A stretch of 64,000 bases of DNA from NCBI RefSeq assembly GCF_041956535.1, contig NW_027192201.1, positions 672,206-736,205 on the forward strand, given 5' to 3'. Under the pieces are notes generated by a model. That model saw only the letters and a list, made by a program, of their open reading frames with translations. It did no database searches and was not told the DNA's origin. This DNA comes from Calcarisporiella thermophila CBS 279.70. Taxonomy: Eukaryota; Fungi; Calcarisporiellomycota. A program made the position numbers and the translations under genes. Below, in pieces: positions 26,585 to 38,754 of the stretch (the stretch's first letter is position 1; each line of letters begins with the position of its first letter).

Positions 26585-26961
26585 ATCCAAATCGAGATAT
26601 TCCTATAAGTCAATTGGCGGATGAATATTTCCTAATTGTTGTCGCTCAAATGATTCAATAATAAAAATATTATTGCTTAGTTAACAAAGAAAATCCGCAA
26701 TATGATTACGGGTTCTATACGCCAGTTTAGGCTATACTACATTGAATTTTGAAATATTCGAACAAACATCAAATTAATTCCAGCAATTTTTCATTAGAGG
26801 ACCTTTTAACCTTTAGAACTCTTAAAATTAATAAAAAATTATATAAATAATTAAATAACCGTGAGATAAGAATGCAACATGTAAGAGCCTTGAGGTTTCA
26901 CTTCCAGGTTTTATTATGCCCGATGTTTATAAACGTTTTATATATCCAGTTTTTTTGTAGG

Positions 26962-27575
26962 GGCAAGATCCTCAAAAGGTCACGAAACTAGCGAGAATGG
27001 TATTTAACCTAGCTGATATTGACTTATGGTGATACTTATCTTATTATCATTCCCTTCATTATCCCACTCTTAGTTCAAATAAGAGTTCAAAGATTTCCTT
27101 CATACTTGAGGAGACTGGATAATTCTCGAATGGATCAAGTAAATTATCCATCATAGGCGTAAATTGTACTATATATATTCCTTGATGTTGAATTAAATAG
27201 AGCATTTTTTATAATAGGAGCGTACCAAACGGAAAAAGTTAAATCCAAACATACGTTTTCCGTGGAATTAAGCAAGAATACCGAGCACTCCACTTCAAGC
27301 AGTACAATAGAAGGTGAAATTTATGATAGCCATAAAGATGGTGACACACAAATTCAAGCTCGTAGCTCGAACAAGGGGATAAAGAGTTGCACTAGTATTA
27401 CAACCGAATATTTATGAGGGTAACTAACAAGGACTCTTATTCTTAATTTATTATTTTATGTTTTAGCTCGAAGGACTGCTAGAGACGCTGTAAACAAGGA
27501 ACAGTCCATTCCAAAGATACAACATTATGAGTTACGAGAGACGAGGCAAAGGCAAGAGAGGAGAATCGCCAACTG
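26962..27575 (+). pseudogene. Possible multi-exon gene remnant, unknown product
   Basis: GT-AG-bounded segments, last one reading ARRTARDAVNKEQSIPKIQHYELRETRQRQERRIAN*; no recognisable family. Confidence 0.25.
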
Positions 27576-27759
27576 AAAAATAGATATAAGGAGTGTTGAA
27601 ACTTTCCATATCCCTTCCTAGTCGTATTTTTCAACCAAATTTCTACGAATTTTCAAACAGTATTCTGCATCCAAGCTTTCTATAGGGATATACATTACAA
27701 GAAAAAGTAAGAAGTATTTCCTATCTGGCTGCTATTTTAGTTAAATCCTACCTTTTCTC

Positions 27760-29651
27760 ATTAAATACTCTCAATTTCAGGATGACAATAATAAGTATAG
27801 TAAATTAAAGAACTTCTATCATAATACATAGCCTTCACATCGGCAGGATGCTTCTCCACCAACTCCTTCACCACTTTCATATGCCCACCCATCGCAGCAA
27901 ATTGTAACAGTGACCATCAATTATTGTCCTTAGCATTCGCATCAGCATGATGCTTCTCCACCAACTCCTTCACGATCTCCATATGTCCACTCATTGCAGC
28001 AGCGTGTAACACTGTCCATCCATTATTGGTCCTAGCATTCATATCTGCCTGATACTCTTCTACCAAAAGGCACAAAATTGATGTATATCCATCTTTCGCT
28101 GCATAGTGTAAAGGCATTTGTCCTTCTTTGTCTCCTATCGCAATGAATTTTCTGAATATCTCCTTATATTTCCGTATGCTTTCAATGTCATTTCTCTGAA
28201 TCGCATGATGTAGGAGGGTTAAATCCATCCTACCGTATTCATATTTGACAGGTTGCACCTCAGCATTAATCCGTTTTGAATATTGATGCAGCCAATAACC
28301 CCATTTACCCGCCCCCAAAACCTTAACAAATCGATATTCAGTTAAATGCTGCATTGCAATATAGTCACCTCCTCTTGAAGCTTCTTCATAAAGCCGGGCT
28401 GCATCTCTACACCTATTCATTTCATCATATAAACCTTCCAGATAATGCAATGACGATCTTGTAAGATCGTGTTTTGTGCCAAGACATCTCTTGCGAATAG
28501 TAAATGCCATGCGACAATGCGGCTCTGAGTCTTCATGACAACCCTTCATGTAATGATGAAAGAATTGATTGCTTGCAGCCTTTGCTTTATGTTGTGGATT
28601 ACCCACTGACTTTGTTATTTCCACTGCATAATCTGCCAGTTCCTCAGCTTCTTGAAATTGTGCCCTGCTTGTAAAAAATACCACAGTGTGTGAGAGAACG
28701 GATGCGAGATTGATAGAATCAAGACCCAAATCTTGTCGCTTTACTAGCCGAGCAACATGCTGGATATGGGGTGCATAAAGCAGCATTGTCTCTTGAATGG
28801 TCTTGTCACTTGGTTCGTATTCACTGGGAATGCTGTTCTCCATCTCTTTACTCAAGGCAGATATTACGCGTTCATACCGCTTAGTACATATTATGTTCTT
28901 GTTGAGAATAACCCATTGAACTATCCGATGTATCGATATGGAAATGCTAGTAGAAGATTGTGTTGTATCTCCTCCCTTCGTACTTTGAATTAAGGAGTAG
29001 CTCTGGAGTAGTTTCATGGCCTTACGTATATAAGATGGATGTTCTTTTCCGCCAAGAATTGTTTGGGCATGGGTGTGAAGGAATGCGGCTGGGACATGGT
29101 CTGGGTAGAGCAATGCCATAGAAAAGAGCAAATTCACCGCCAAGGAACCTTCCCTTTGCTTTTTAATCCGCTCCAATGTGTTCTTGAACAGGATTGATAT
29201 TGTTTTTTTATACTTGATTCCTTTTTCCACTGGATTATCCTCTGAAAAATCCGTGGTTCTCTTGGTATTCATGGAGGTACTCTTGTATTGTTATTTCCTC
29301 CTGACGTAGTGATGCTCTGGCTAAATCAATGGCGAGTGGATAATATCCCAGCGCTTTAACGAGTTCCACTGCGTAAGCGTATTCTTTGGCCGTCCCCCTA
29401 TCTCTGAGTAGCAATTTCAATGCCTCCTCCAGCTTCATTCTATTCGTTTCATCTTCCAAATTGATACACAATCCATCATGTATAATATTGCAATCGCAAG
29501 TGGTCACCAATATGGTTCCTTTTGGCCCATCGGACCCATCGATTGTTGGAATATAGTTGGAAAGACAGTCTGGCTCATCGGTTCCCAACGTAAGAATATA
29601 ATTTTTACAAATAAAGCACGATTCGGGCTCCGAAGAGCCGATACCGTCCAT
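27760..29651 (-). pseudogene. Degenerate NLR-like gene: C-terminal half of NB-ARC + TPR/SEL1-like + ankyrin repeats
   Basis: GTILVTT, LVKALGYYPLAIDLA, LLQSYSLI, ISIHRIVQ; TPR AFTIRKRCLGTKH; ANK GQMPLHYAA, GWTVLHAAA. Frameshift near 29250, TGA at 27917-27919, no P-loop found. Confidence 0.82.
27847..28050 (-). repeat. Two tandem 102-bp ankyrin-coding repeats with high nucleotide identity
   Basis: gatgcttctccaccaactccttcac recurs at 27847 and 27949. Confidence 0.85.
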
Positions 29652-30123
29652 CCGGCTTCATTTCCCTTGTGCTTTCACCCAAAGGGAAATTTTACACATT
29701 GCCCTCGACAGTCTGAACCTGGAAGTATATGAACCATGCTTAGTAAAAAACGTATCTTTAGCTCTTTAAATTAAGGGATTTGACAAAATATTTTTGGAAT
29801 TATTGATTGTGTTATCTAGCTAATTTTGTGAATTGTTTTTATTAAATTGGCTTTTTATCTACTTGAAATTCGTAAGTTACTTTTTACTAGAAAACTGCTT
29901 GGAGTTACGGCTGAAATTGGTCTGTAGGCTTAAGTTTCTGAGACTTGGTTATTTTTTCGGTCCTCTGACCAGAGTCCATGTCCAATATACTATACCTGCT
30001 TTGGGCCCGATCATATAGACTATTGAAACTTTCGAAAGGCTCTTCAAATGGATTTAGCCAATAATCCCAATGAGGGCTTTATGTAGGGATATCCTATGAG
30101 AAATTATCCATCAAATGGCTCCG

Positions 30124-32085
30124 CTACGTTGTATTTCCTGACTTTGCCGTACTTTTGAAATTATACGCTTGAAACTCACTGCCAATCGCTCTTCCAATCC
30201 ATTTTGCATACTTCACAATATTTAAGAACATCTTGGGAATTTTTTCGAGTTGCTAGGTAAAATTTGTGGGCTCTTGTATTGTAGAAGGATTATGGGTGAT
30301 TCCCCGAAATGGTCCAAATACAGCTTGCCATTGCACGTAATTTCGCAGAACATCCATAATATGGAGATAAGCATTGGGCTGCACTACACCCTCTACTCCC
30401 GAAGTCAGGCCAGCATCTGTACCATCCAGACCCGCTGCTGAGATCGTGATAATCATGTCCGACCAACGGTTAAATTTATGCACTGTTACCCTCCACCCAA
30501 ATGGTTTCCCAGCTCTAATGAACATAGAAGTTGTGCTGGAAACTAGCACAACCATGTTCAATAAACTGGCTACTATGTACATCAGGGCTGCACCCCACTT
30601 ATCGGCGTCCAGTCTAGAAAGCACGAGAATAGCTCCGATTGTGGTTAGAGCAAATGCTAGCGATGAAAGCCCAGAAATCCAAGCTTGGTATTTCCTATGT
30701 CGCAATGGCCTGTTCACTCGTAATCCGAGATCCGTCCCACCTATCAACAAGAATGCATCATGTGGGATAGCAGCACATGTGAGAAGGATTGCTTGCACAC
30801 GAGCAGTCCTCCCAAGTTTTTAACCCGTGTCCTCAACCATTCTGCAAGCCCTAGCAAGTCTTAATCCTAGCAAGTTGCAAGAAGTGCTCAATATAGCTGC
30901 CCATAGCACCTTTGGTTGCTGCCATATTGCCAGTACGGTAAGAGTGGAGGCCAGTAATTGGATTCCAGTTTGAATTCCTAATAAATACCTGTTGTGATGC
31001 CACGGCTGCATCGGATCAGGCATTTCCACTACACAAAGCCTTGATCTAGCTCCTTCTTCCTGAACCAGATTCGAAAGCAACCATTTCTCTAAAATTCTAT
31101 TCTCCAAACTTGCTCCACCCCACCTGACACTATTTCCGTTGGTGTCAGCAGGAACTGGGTATGGGACTGCTGCGCGCCATGACACCCGCAATGCTCCAGA
31201 TGCACTCTCGATACCCACTCCCAAACTTTTGAGGGCTATAGTAGCACATCTCCAACTTGCTTCATGCAGTCCTATACCAATAGTCCAGGCCGGTATCCAA
31301 GGCGAAGGAGATTCTTGCAAGCTCTCTAATGCAGCTGCAGCCCATGGGCCAACCAGAAATGAACTTAGAATAGAGACTACTATTGAACCGTCTGACGTGT
31401 TATTTATAGATTCTTCAAGCAAACCAGCTCTAACAAGACGGAGGGATGATGCTGAAACTGCTATTGTCGACGATCTACTCATCCAGGCTCTTTGGTTCTG
31501 TCTCTGACTTGGTCTACTTATTGCATCTTTCAGCGTTGGCCTTGCGGCAGACTCTTCAACATAGCAGACACAATAATTCTTACCTGATTTGAGCATAATC
31601 AGGTATTCTCTCAGGACATACCCCATCTCCCACTTTGTCCATAAAGGACGTGTGCCTTTTTGTAGGCATCGTGTTGCGCAGTTTTCTATTAACCGCATGG
31701 ATTCTATGGCTTCTTTGGTGAAAAGCCAGTGCTTTTCTATCGATATATTGCCAAGGGACTATTTGGTTTAAAGAATATGTCGAAATATCCTCCTTGTTTT
31801 CCTCTGAATTTATCCTGCAAACTCGTTGGTTTGAATCTTGCGCATCACTACTGCTGCCGCTTTTTGCGCATCCAAAATTAGTATAACTAGCTTGATTGTT
31901 AGCAAATCCATGCTTCAACGTTCTCTATCTTCATAGTAATTCAACCTAACACGAAACATTAGAGTGTCAGCGAAAGCCGCCTGGTGTGAAGTTAATTTCC
32001 CAAGATATATAATGGCTAATGAATCTCACTTGACGAAGGCATCTTCACGGCCAAGACGCTCGAATGGATTCCGTAATGAAGGCAT
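30124..32085 (-). pseudogene. Multi-pass membrane protein gene of unknown family with in-frame stops
   Basis: ORFs 30820-31698 and 30253-30798 are in the same frame, split by one TAA. The frame continues ~42 codons past TAG 30253. Several hydrophobic helices. Possible first exon from ATG ~32085. Confidence 0.6.
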
Positions 32086-32739
32086 TTTAGAATAAGGCAA
32101 GGGTTATCACAAATCGTGATGACTTTATGTCTCAATTAACTAAAGGCTATAGATGAGAGTAGCGTTTACATGTTGTTGTTTATATCAGGCTTTATATGTG
32201 TCTTGAATAGATGCACACTTCACATATCCATTCATATGTTTACCATATATCTACTTTTGAACGAAAACCCAAGCTTTTCTCTCTGGAGGACATCGGCTAT
32301 CTCAGAACACAAATTGAGTTTTATTCATTGTATAGGGAGATAAATTTTGCGAGTCTATTCCGTTTCTTTTAGGTACAAGGAAAGTCAAAATAGAGCGTGG
32401 AAATTTTTTCAATCGGAAGAATGAGCTTATTGTAGCTTCCTGTGGCTTTAACTTATCCACAAAAGAGCTAGAAAGGCTATTCAAATTTTGGATTGATATG
32501 AACTAGGAGAGATATCAACACAACCACAATCAATAGGGCGTGGATCATATCTCGCTCCTCTCATAATTCCAGCTTAGTTGTCTGGTGAACATTTGATCAT
32601 GGTTTCGCTCTGATTTAATGTGTAAACTGGTATTAAATTAGAGCGTAATCTGTTGACTAACACCTGAAATTCAAATCTCTAGTTGGTAATAAGAGATTTA
32701 CTGTAATGACTCTTGTCGGGGTCTAGACCGATAGCAATA

Positions 32740-33265
32740 GTAGAAAACGGTGTTATATTGCCTCCCTTTGTGCTCTGAATTAGGGAGTATCATTAATGAG
32801 CGAGCGAATAGCTTTCCCAACATGACCGCAGGGCAGGCTGCATATGTAGCTTCCAGGAATGCAGCAAGTTGCCGAGAGGTAGTTACTCCGGTCCAGGAGA
32901 ACCCGAGCGCTACCCTAGAAATGTCCCTGACTTTCTTCCGCAAAAGCTCGAGAGTCATTTCCCCGTTTTGGATTTTGATTCCCAGATGTTCTATCTCTTG
33001 AGAAGGCGTTAGAATTGACTTTTCGAAATTGATCACAAAACCGAACTGCTCCAGTATATTGATCAACGTTTGAGAGTGCATCCTGGACTCTTCCATCGAC
33101 GATAAGACACCACTCCTATCCTTGCCTTCCGACACACCGTGAGGACTGGGCGTAGCACCTTGGTGAATATCCTGAGAAAGAAGGTAGTCCCAACGGAAGA
33201 ACTTTGAACTGACACTTTTTGCCACCCAGATGAACTGGAGGAATTTCCTGGACTCTTGGTAAGTG
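32740..33265 (-). mobile_element. DIRS/Ngaro-type (tyrosine-recombinase retrotransposon) reverse transcriptase remnant
   Basis: Across frameshifts: QESRKFLQFIW..CQFKVLPLGL..RIFTKVLRPVL..GVVSY[YxDD lost]..LEQFGFVINFEKSILTPSQEIEHLG..RQLAAFL. Confidence 0.8.
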
Positions 33266-33320
33266 ATGAAGGAGTTGGTGGAGGAGCATCGTGCTGATGT
33301 GAATATTACCGGCTGGAATA
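33266..33320 (+). repeat. Isolated ankyrin-repeat fragment, inverted copy of the NLR ankyrin unit
   Basis: 33267-33304 matches the reverse complement of 27935-27972 at 35/38 nt; encodes MKELVEEHRADVN. Confidence 0.75.
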
Positions 33321-34321
33321 TTATTAAAAAAACTTGAGCTAAAAATTTACCTTTAAAAAAAAACCTTAATAAAATAAAGTGCTTAAGTGAAAATATAAAT
33401 TATATTTTTAAATATTTTATCTTGTGTTAAACGGTATAAAATTCGTATTATAGATTTATTCATCAGAAGGAAGATTAGTAACGTGCTTCTTGTCGACGAT
33501 ATAAGCCGGCCCTTTTTGAATCCATCCAATACATCTATCTAGTACTGTCACTTCAACAAACTCCCTTGAGCCATGAGTGTTAAAGCTCCTTATATCATAT
33601 ATATTACTCTTATATTTGCCTGCCCAGTCCCCTAAGAAAAAACTTCTCAAGGAAACCTGTTAGAAATCAAAGCCATGGTTAACTCTGATAAAATACAGTT
33701 AAATTTGTTAAAAATAGGAAATTAAGACTAGTAAAAATAAAAATCATGGATAACGTTTTTTCACGTGACATTAATTAACATACTGTCAGTCTTTGAGTTG
33801 TATGTAATTCCTGCCATAAGGTAGAGGCGGATTTTGAGGTAATCCAAATTTCACGGTCGAAATTTTGTAACAATCTTGAAGGTTTTTAATTTTGCATGTG
33901 TTGTATAAATAAATCAATTTTCCATATATTGAATGCTCCAAGATATTTGATACAATTATAATCGTTAAATAAGAGTTCAAAAATATGTTTGATGGAATAA
34001 ATCAAAGAGTATAATATATGTATTTGCTAAAGAATATGCACTGTAAATTGAGGATAATAAAAAATATCCATAACAATCTTATTAAGAAAAAAAATAGTAT
34101 AAGATAATTTTGCAAAAAATCAACACAAGTATACCAGGATGTAAATCATCCATATAGGGATGTAAAGAAGAAATTAAAAAAAAGCAAACATAATAATGAA
34201 ACATTTGTATTTACAATATAGCAAAATAAAACCAGTCAAGTATTCCAATTATCATTTTAGGCTATAGACCTTCGTATTACAGAGTGGAAATGTTACAATT
34301 AAAGTATAGATGGGACCGCTA

Positions 34322-35387
34322 TTAATGTTTGAAACTTCGTTTACGCATTCGCACCCATCTTTTATTGTAGAGTTGCCGGGGGATGATTTCCAACATTCGG
34401 CCAATAGTGGCAAAACAGATGCATCCTGAAAATAATAGCCCCTAATAATTTTAAAGTGGCAAGTGATGAAGGTAAAAGATACAAATTAGTATAAAAGCTA
34501 TCCATAGATACATACCGGTATCCACGACTTCATTCCAAAAAAATCTGCTCTTGAAAATCTATAATATTAAAATGGATACTAAATATAATAGGATGTGACA
34601 GAGAAAACAGATGGTATAATTTACGAATAGAAGCCGTTGGAAACTAGAAAATATACTGCCACGGTGCCCAAGAAAGCAATTAGAGTCGAGGCCCCTAGCC
34701 CATGTACAGTGCGATCAAAAAGGAACCAGAGTACGAGGGACATTAGTAGTAACGTGAAGACAAGATGTAGATCACCAACGGTGTTAAGTTTCTAATTGAT
34801 GAAATTATGTCAGTTAAAGAAGAGGTCGAAGTAAACACAGGCGCATAGTAAGCGAGATAAGAATAATTACCGTCGCAGCATACATGATACTTATGAATCC
34901 ACCAAAACATCTATATATACCAAAAAAAAATCCAAAATCAGTGTCCAAAACCTTATGAGTCAAATTTTTAGTTGCATTACCTCAATGCATTCGACCAATC
35001 CGGCGGTGAAGGTGCATTTAATGTCCAATAATCAAACAAAGGAAACAGAGTCCCAACTAGTACAGCGGCACCTCCACATACGGGAGGAAGCCATTGTGTA
35101 ATACTTCCTTCGTCCGCATGGAGTAAAAGATCTGCAGCAACAGAAACCGCAAATCCAAGAGTAAAAAGCAGAGATGCACGTATAGGATAACGGAAAGGAC
35201 CATCGGCAAGAAGCACTAGATCAGGAATTTCATTCTCTTCTATGGATGTACGCCGAGAAGTTTTGGTGTGTGTAGCGGTTTGTATAGGAGTAGAAGGTGT
35301 CATGACGGGGATGAGCGAGCGATTTAAAGAATGAGGAAATGAAGCGCTACGGCGAAATGGCCGCTCTCTGACAAATAGATAGTCCAT
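34322..35387 (-). CDS. INSIG/Nsg family sterol-sensing regulator, multi-exon
   Basis: LLFTLGF, CGGAAVLVGTLFPLFD, DWSNALR|CFGGFISIMYAATKL, LWFLFDRT, GLLFSGCICFATIGR. Confidence 0.85.
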
Positions 35388-36411
35388 TAGGGAAAGTTCT
35401 TATTCTAAGAGTCAAGAGTATGAAGATAAGAATGTGCGAGATTTTGCAATGTCTGAAACTAATGCAAAGCTAGTGGCTGTTAAGCACATGATTTTCACTT
35501 TCGACTCTTCCCTTTTTTGTTGCTGGTGAGAAAATAAAGCTCACAGCATAGCACATGAAGGAAACGAATGCAACTCTAAAGAAAGCTACTATATGTGTCC
35601 ATTATCTGTCATATTTTCCTAATTATGTATCAGATATGGCTCTCGGAATTTTCGAAAGGCTTGAATTCAAAATATTCTCCACGTCTGATTTTGAAATGAA
35701 AAATTAATACTCTCATATATAGACTCGGGGCTAGCTCTAAAAAGACAAGCGGCCAGTCCACTTCTACTCTTATCTGCTACCCTACTCAAGGCCCCAATCA
35801 CTTGGTGGATGTGCTGAGAATCAGAGACAAATTTGTTTTTTGCCAGCTTTACATGTTTGTCTGCATATATGTTTATATAAGATGCAGATATTCCCAATCA
35901 TGAGCTACCTCTTATTTTATCTCTGAAGAAAAAGCCCCATGATACAATAAAGCCTATCCGCCCATATTCCACGCAGTAGTCTTCTGATACGAAATGTTCT
36001 AATAGGTATTGCAAAAATCCTATAATGAAAAAGAAATATCTAAAAAAAGACAACCAAACAGATGTCTTTCTTGCTACTATTTTTAATTAAATTAAGCAAT
36101 TAACCTCCACTGAAAACTTTATTTTGTTTGCAATGAAGGGCGAGAAATTGAGAAGTAAAGATGAAGATATTGCGTATACTTTATAATTATTGGTTTATAA
36201 TTTAGAAAAGCATTATAAATAACCATTTTTCTATAAGGATGACAAATCTGTGGAAATAAGAAAAATAAAATGTAAAAGGGCTGTTTTCTACAAAATTGAA
36301 ATATAAGATAGTCGTTTCATCTACTTCTTCGCGTAATTTGCTGAATCCATGGCTATGGTTATCACTCCTACAAATGCAATATAGTTATTAGGAATATCGA
36401 ATAAGGTCCCC

Positions 36412-38094
36412 TTAAACTGATCCTAGCATACCAATAACTATCTCGAATACAATGAGTATGATAACAATCCACTCTAATTGCTCGCCTAAATTCAAAAAAA
36501 TTGAGTGTCAGAAAAGAATTGCTCTCAGAAATGCACATCTGAATCACATTCATTACCATGAGAACTTGTCAAATGTTCCTTAAGCATATCCAATAAATCC
36601 GAAATTACCGCCACCCGCTGATTAAGCAACTCCACACGCTGAGAAATTTCAAGGTATCCACGTAGTGCCTGATAGAGGGGTTCTAGTGCAGGCTCACTCC
36701 AGAAAATCTCGGGTGTATCAAGAATGTTGCTCACAAGATTGACGTTAATACGCATAATGAAGAGTTGGCCGATTTTCTTCGTAATAGCGGTGTGGGACAT
36801 ATGCACCTTGCCGGATTCGGCCATTGTCTGTGGGATATGCTTTGTGGATTCGATGGTCTCCTCAATCAAACCCTCGAAAAGTGTCATCTATATTATAGAG
36901 AGATAAAATCTTAGTAAGAAAAAATCTTAATATACACTATCCGATAGCAAATGGAATCGTATAAATGCCTTAGTTGACTGAGCTATTGCGTGCGAAATGG
37001 TGAGCTTAACCATATAATTGTTAGGATGCCGAAGCGTAATCACATCGTTATAAATTCTATAAATTGAAGGTGATTTCAATTAGCATTAATATCTATCCAA
37101 AAAAGTGCTCAATCTTAGAAGCATACTTGGGTTGGTCATTTGCGTTATAATAGAATCGGAACTCTTCTGTTTCGACGTCCTCTTCAGCCAGCTTTTCATC
37201 CTCGAGACCAAAACTTCCTAACTCCCCCAGTATGCGCTGTTCTTGCCACTCCGTCATTCCCCACATTACCACCACGCCATAGTCGAAGAAAAAGAGCTCG
37301 GGTGCACTTATTTCACCATTAGCCTCCAAATAGTCGGCTCCTGACCCATCGGAATTATGTGAAGTACGATGGAAGTCGTCTAGATTAAGCATATCCATGA
37401 CCGAGGGTGGTTTTACGGGGGTGGAGAAGATATACGGTGTGTAAATACTATGGTTGACAAAATTATTTTCTGTTTCACTGCATCTCAACCTGGATTAGAG
37501 TAACTTACACCTCGTCTAAACGTTTTGGTGCTGTGCCATTGACCGTTCTTTTCGATTGTAAAAATCGCATTAAATCGGACATCCTATATTGTCTATATAA
37601 AGAATCATATGAAAACTTAAATCTTTTCTTTACTGCTATAGTGAAACTTACGATGCTGTACAATATGCAGTCACTCGAGGGAGTTTGGCGCGCTCAAGTT
37701 TAGAAAGCCGCTCAGTTTCAAAACGAGAGGTCTCGTGTGAAATCTGACCGATCTGGTTGTACACCTCGTCTGGGAAAATGCCCTCATTTTGCGGTACAGG
37801 AGTCTCATCAGGGAACAGCGCAAGTTTGTGGCTCGTCTTTGTGGTACCTTAATGAGATGTGTATGAAATCGGCACGTCAGTCGCAATACACTAACGGAAG
37901 TCAGAATAATTAGACCTACGATTTGGAAGTTTCTGTTTCGGACGGTCGTAAGGTGAGGGATAGCTTTGTGCAGGAAAAGGTACCGCAACAGTGCGATAGG
38001 GATCAGCAAGTAAGGGCGTGTCCTGGTTTAGCTGTGGATCATAGTGAACTTTACGACTGCGATTATTCCGTTTTGAATTTAAGCGCTTGCTCAT
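36412..38094 (-). CDS. RMD1: RMD1/Sif2 (DUF155) family protein
   Basis: RVTAYCTAS, FFFDYGVVVMWG, ISHAIAQSTK, INVNLVSNILDTPEIFW, YLEISQRVELLNQR, LEWIVIILI. Confidence 0.9.
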
Positions 38095-38371
38095 TGTTGT
38101 AACTATTTCATAAATACACACACAAGAAAGATGAAAATTGAAAAATGAAAAGGGTTAAACTTGTAATGAGATGCAATGCCAACGGTAATGTGTGCTAATT
38201 TATCTCCATATACAGCACATTCTATTCGACTACGAAGGGAAAGCTTGATATGAGGCGCAGCTTTTGTGGCGTATGCTATTGATTGGAATAATATAAGCGT
38301 AAACAAATCACTAGTTCCTTCTCTCTTCTTCTTTTATAGTACCACTTTATCAAAACAATCAAATTATAATC

Positions 38372-38754
38372 ATGCATTTAATGTACTATACCGATTCCAA
38401 CGGAAATCGCATATACACTCTGAAGGTATGTTGTCTCTATTATCCTATTATTCTCTCTTCTTTATGATGAACAATTTGTCCAACTGCTATCTGAAATATA
38501 TCAATGATGGCATGTATATATTAGCTCTACCTGATTTTTAATCACTTTTACTCTCAATGTCGTCTCTATTATTATCACGCAATCAACTAAATATTTTCGT
38601 TAATTTCCAATAGAAAACAACGCCAACTGGTGGAGTTACAAAGAGTGCACATCCAGCACGTTTCTCTCCTGACGACAAGTTCTCGCGTCACCGTGTCACA
38701 CTCAAGAAACGATTTGGCCTGCTTTTGACACAACTCCCTTGCAAGGAATTGTAA
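38372..38754 (+). CDS. NOP10: H/ACA snoRNP subunit Nop10, 2 exons (missed by the ORF track)
   Basis: [18 protein letters not shown]|[40 protein letters not shown]. Confidence 0.95.

Noticed and set aside
27917-27919. In-frame TGA as possible selenocysteine or readthrough
   Set aside because: It aligns to Gly (GGA) in the sister ankyrin repeat, the gene has other lesions, and no SECIS was seen
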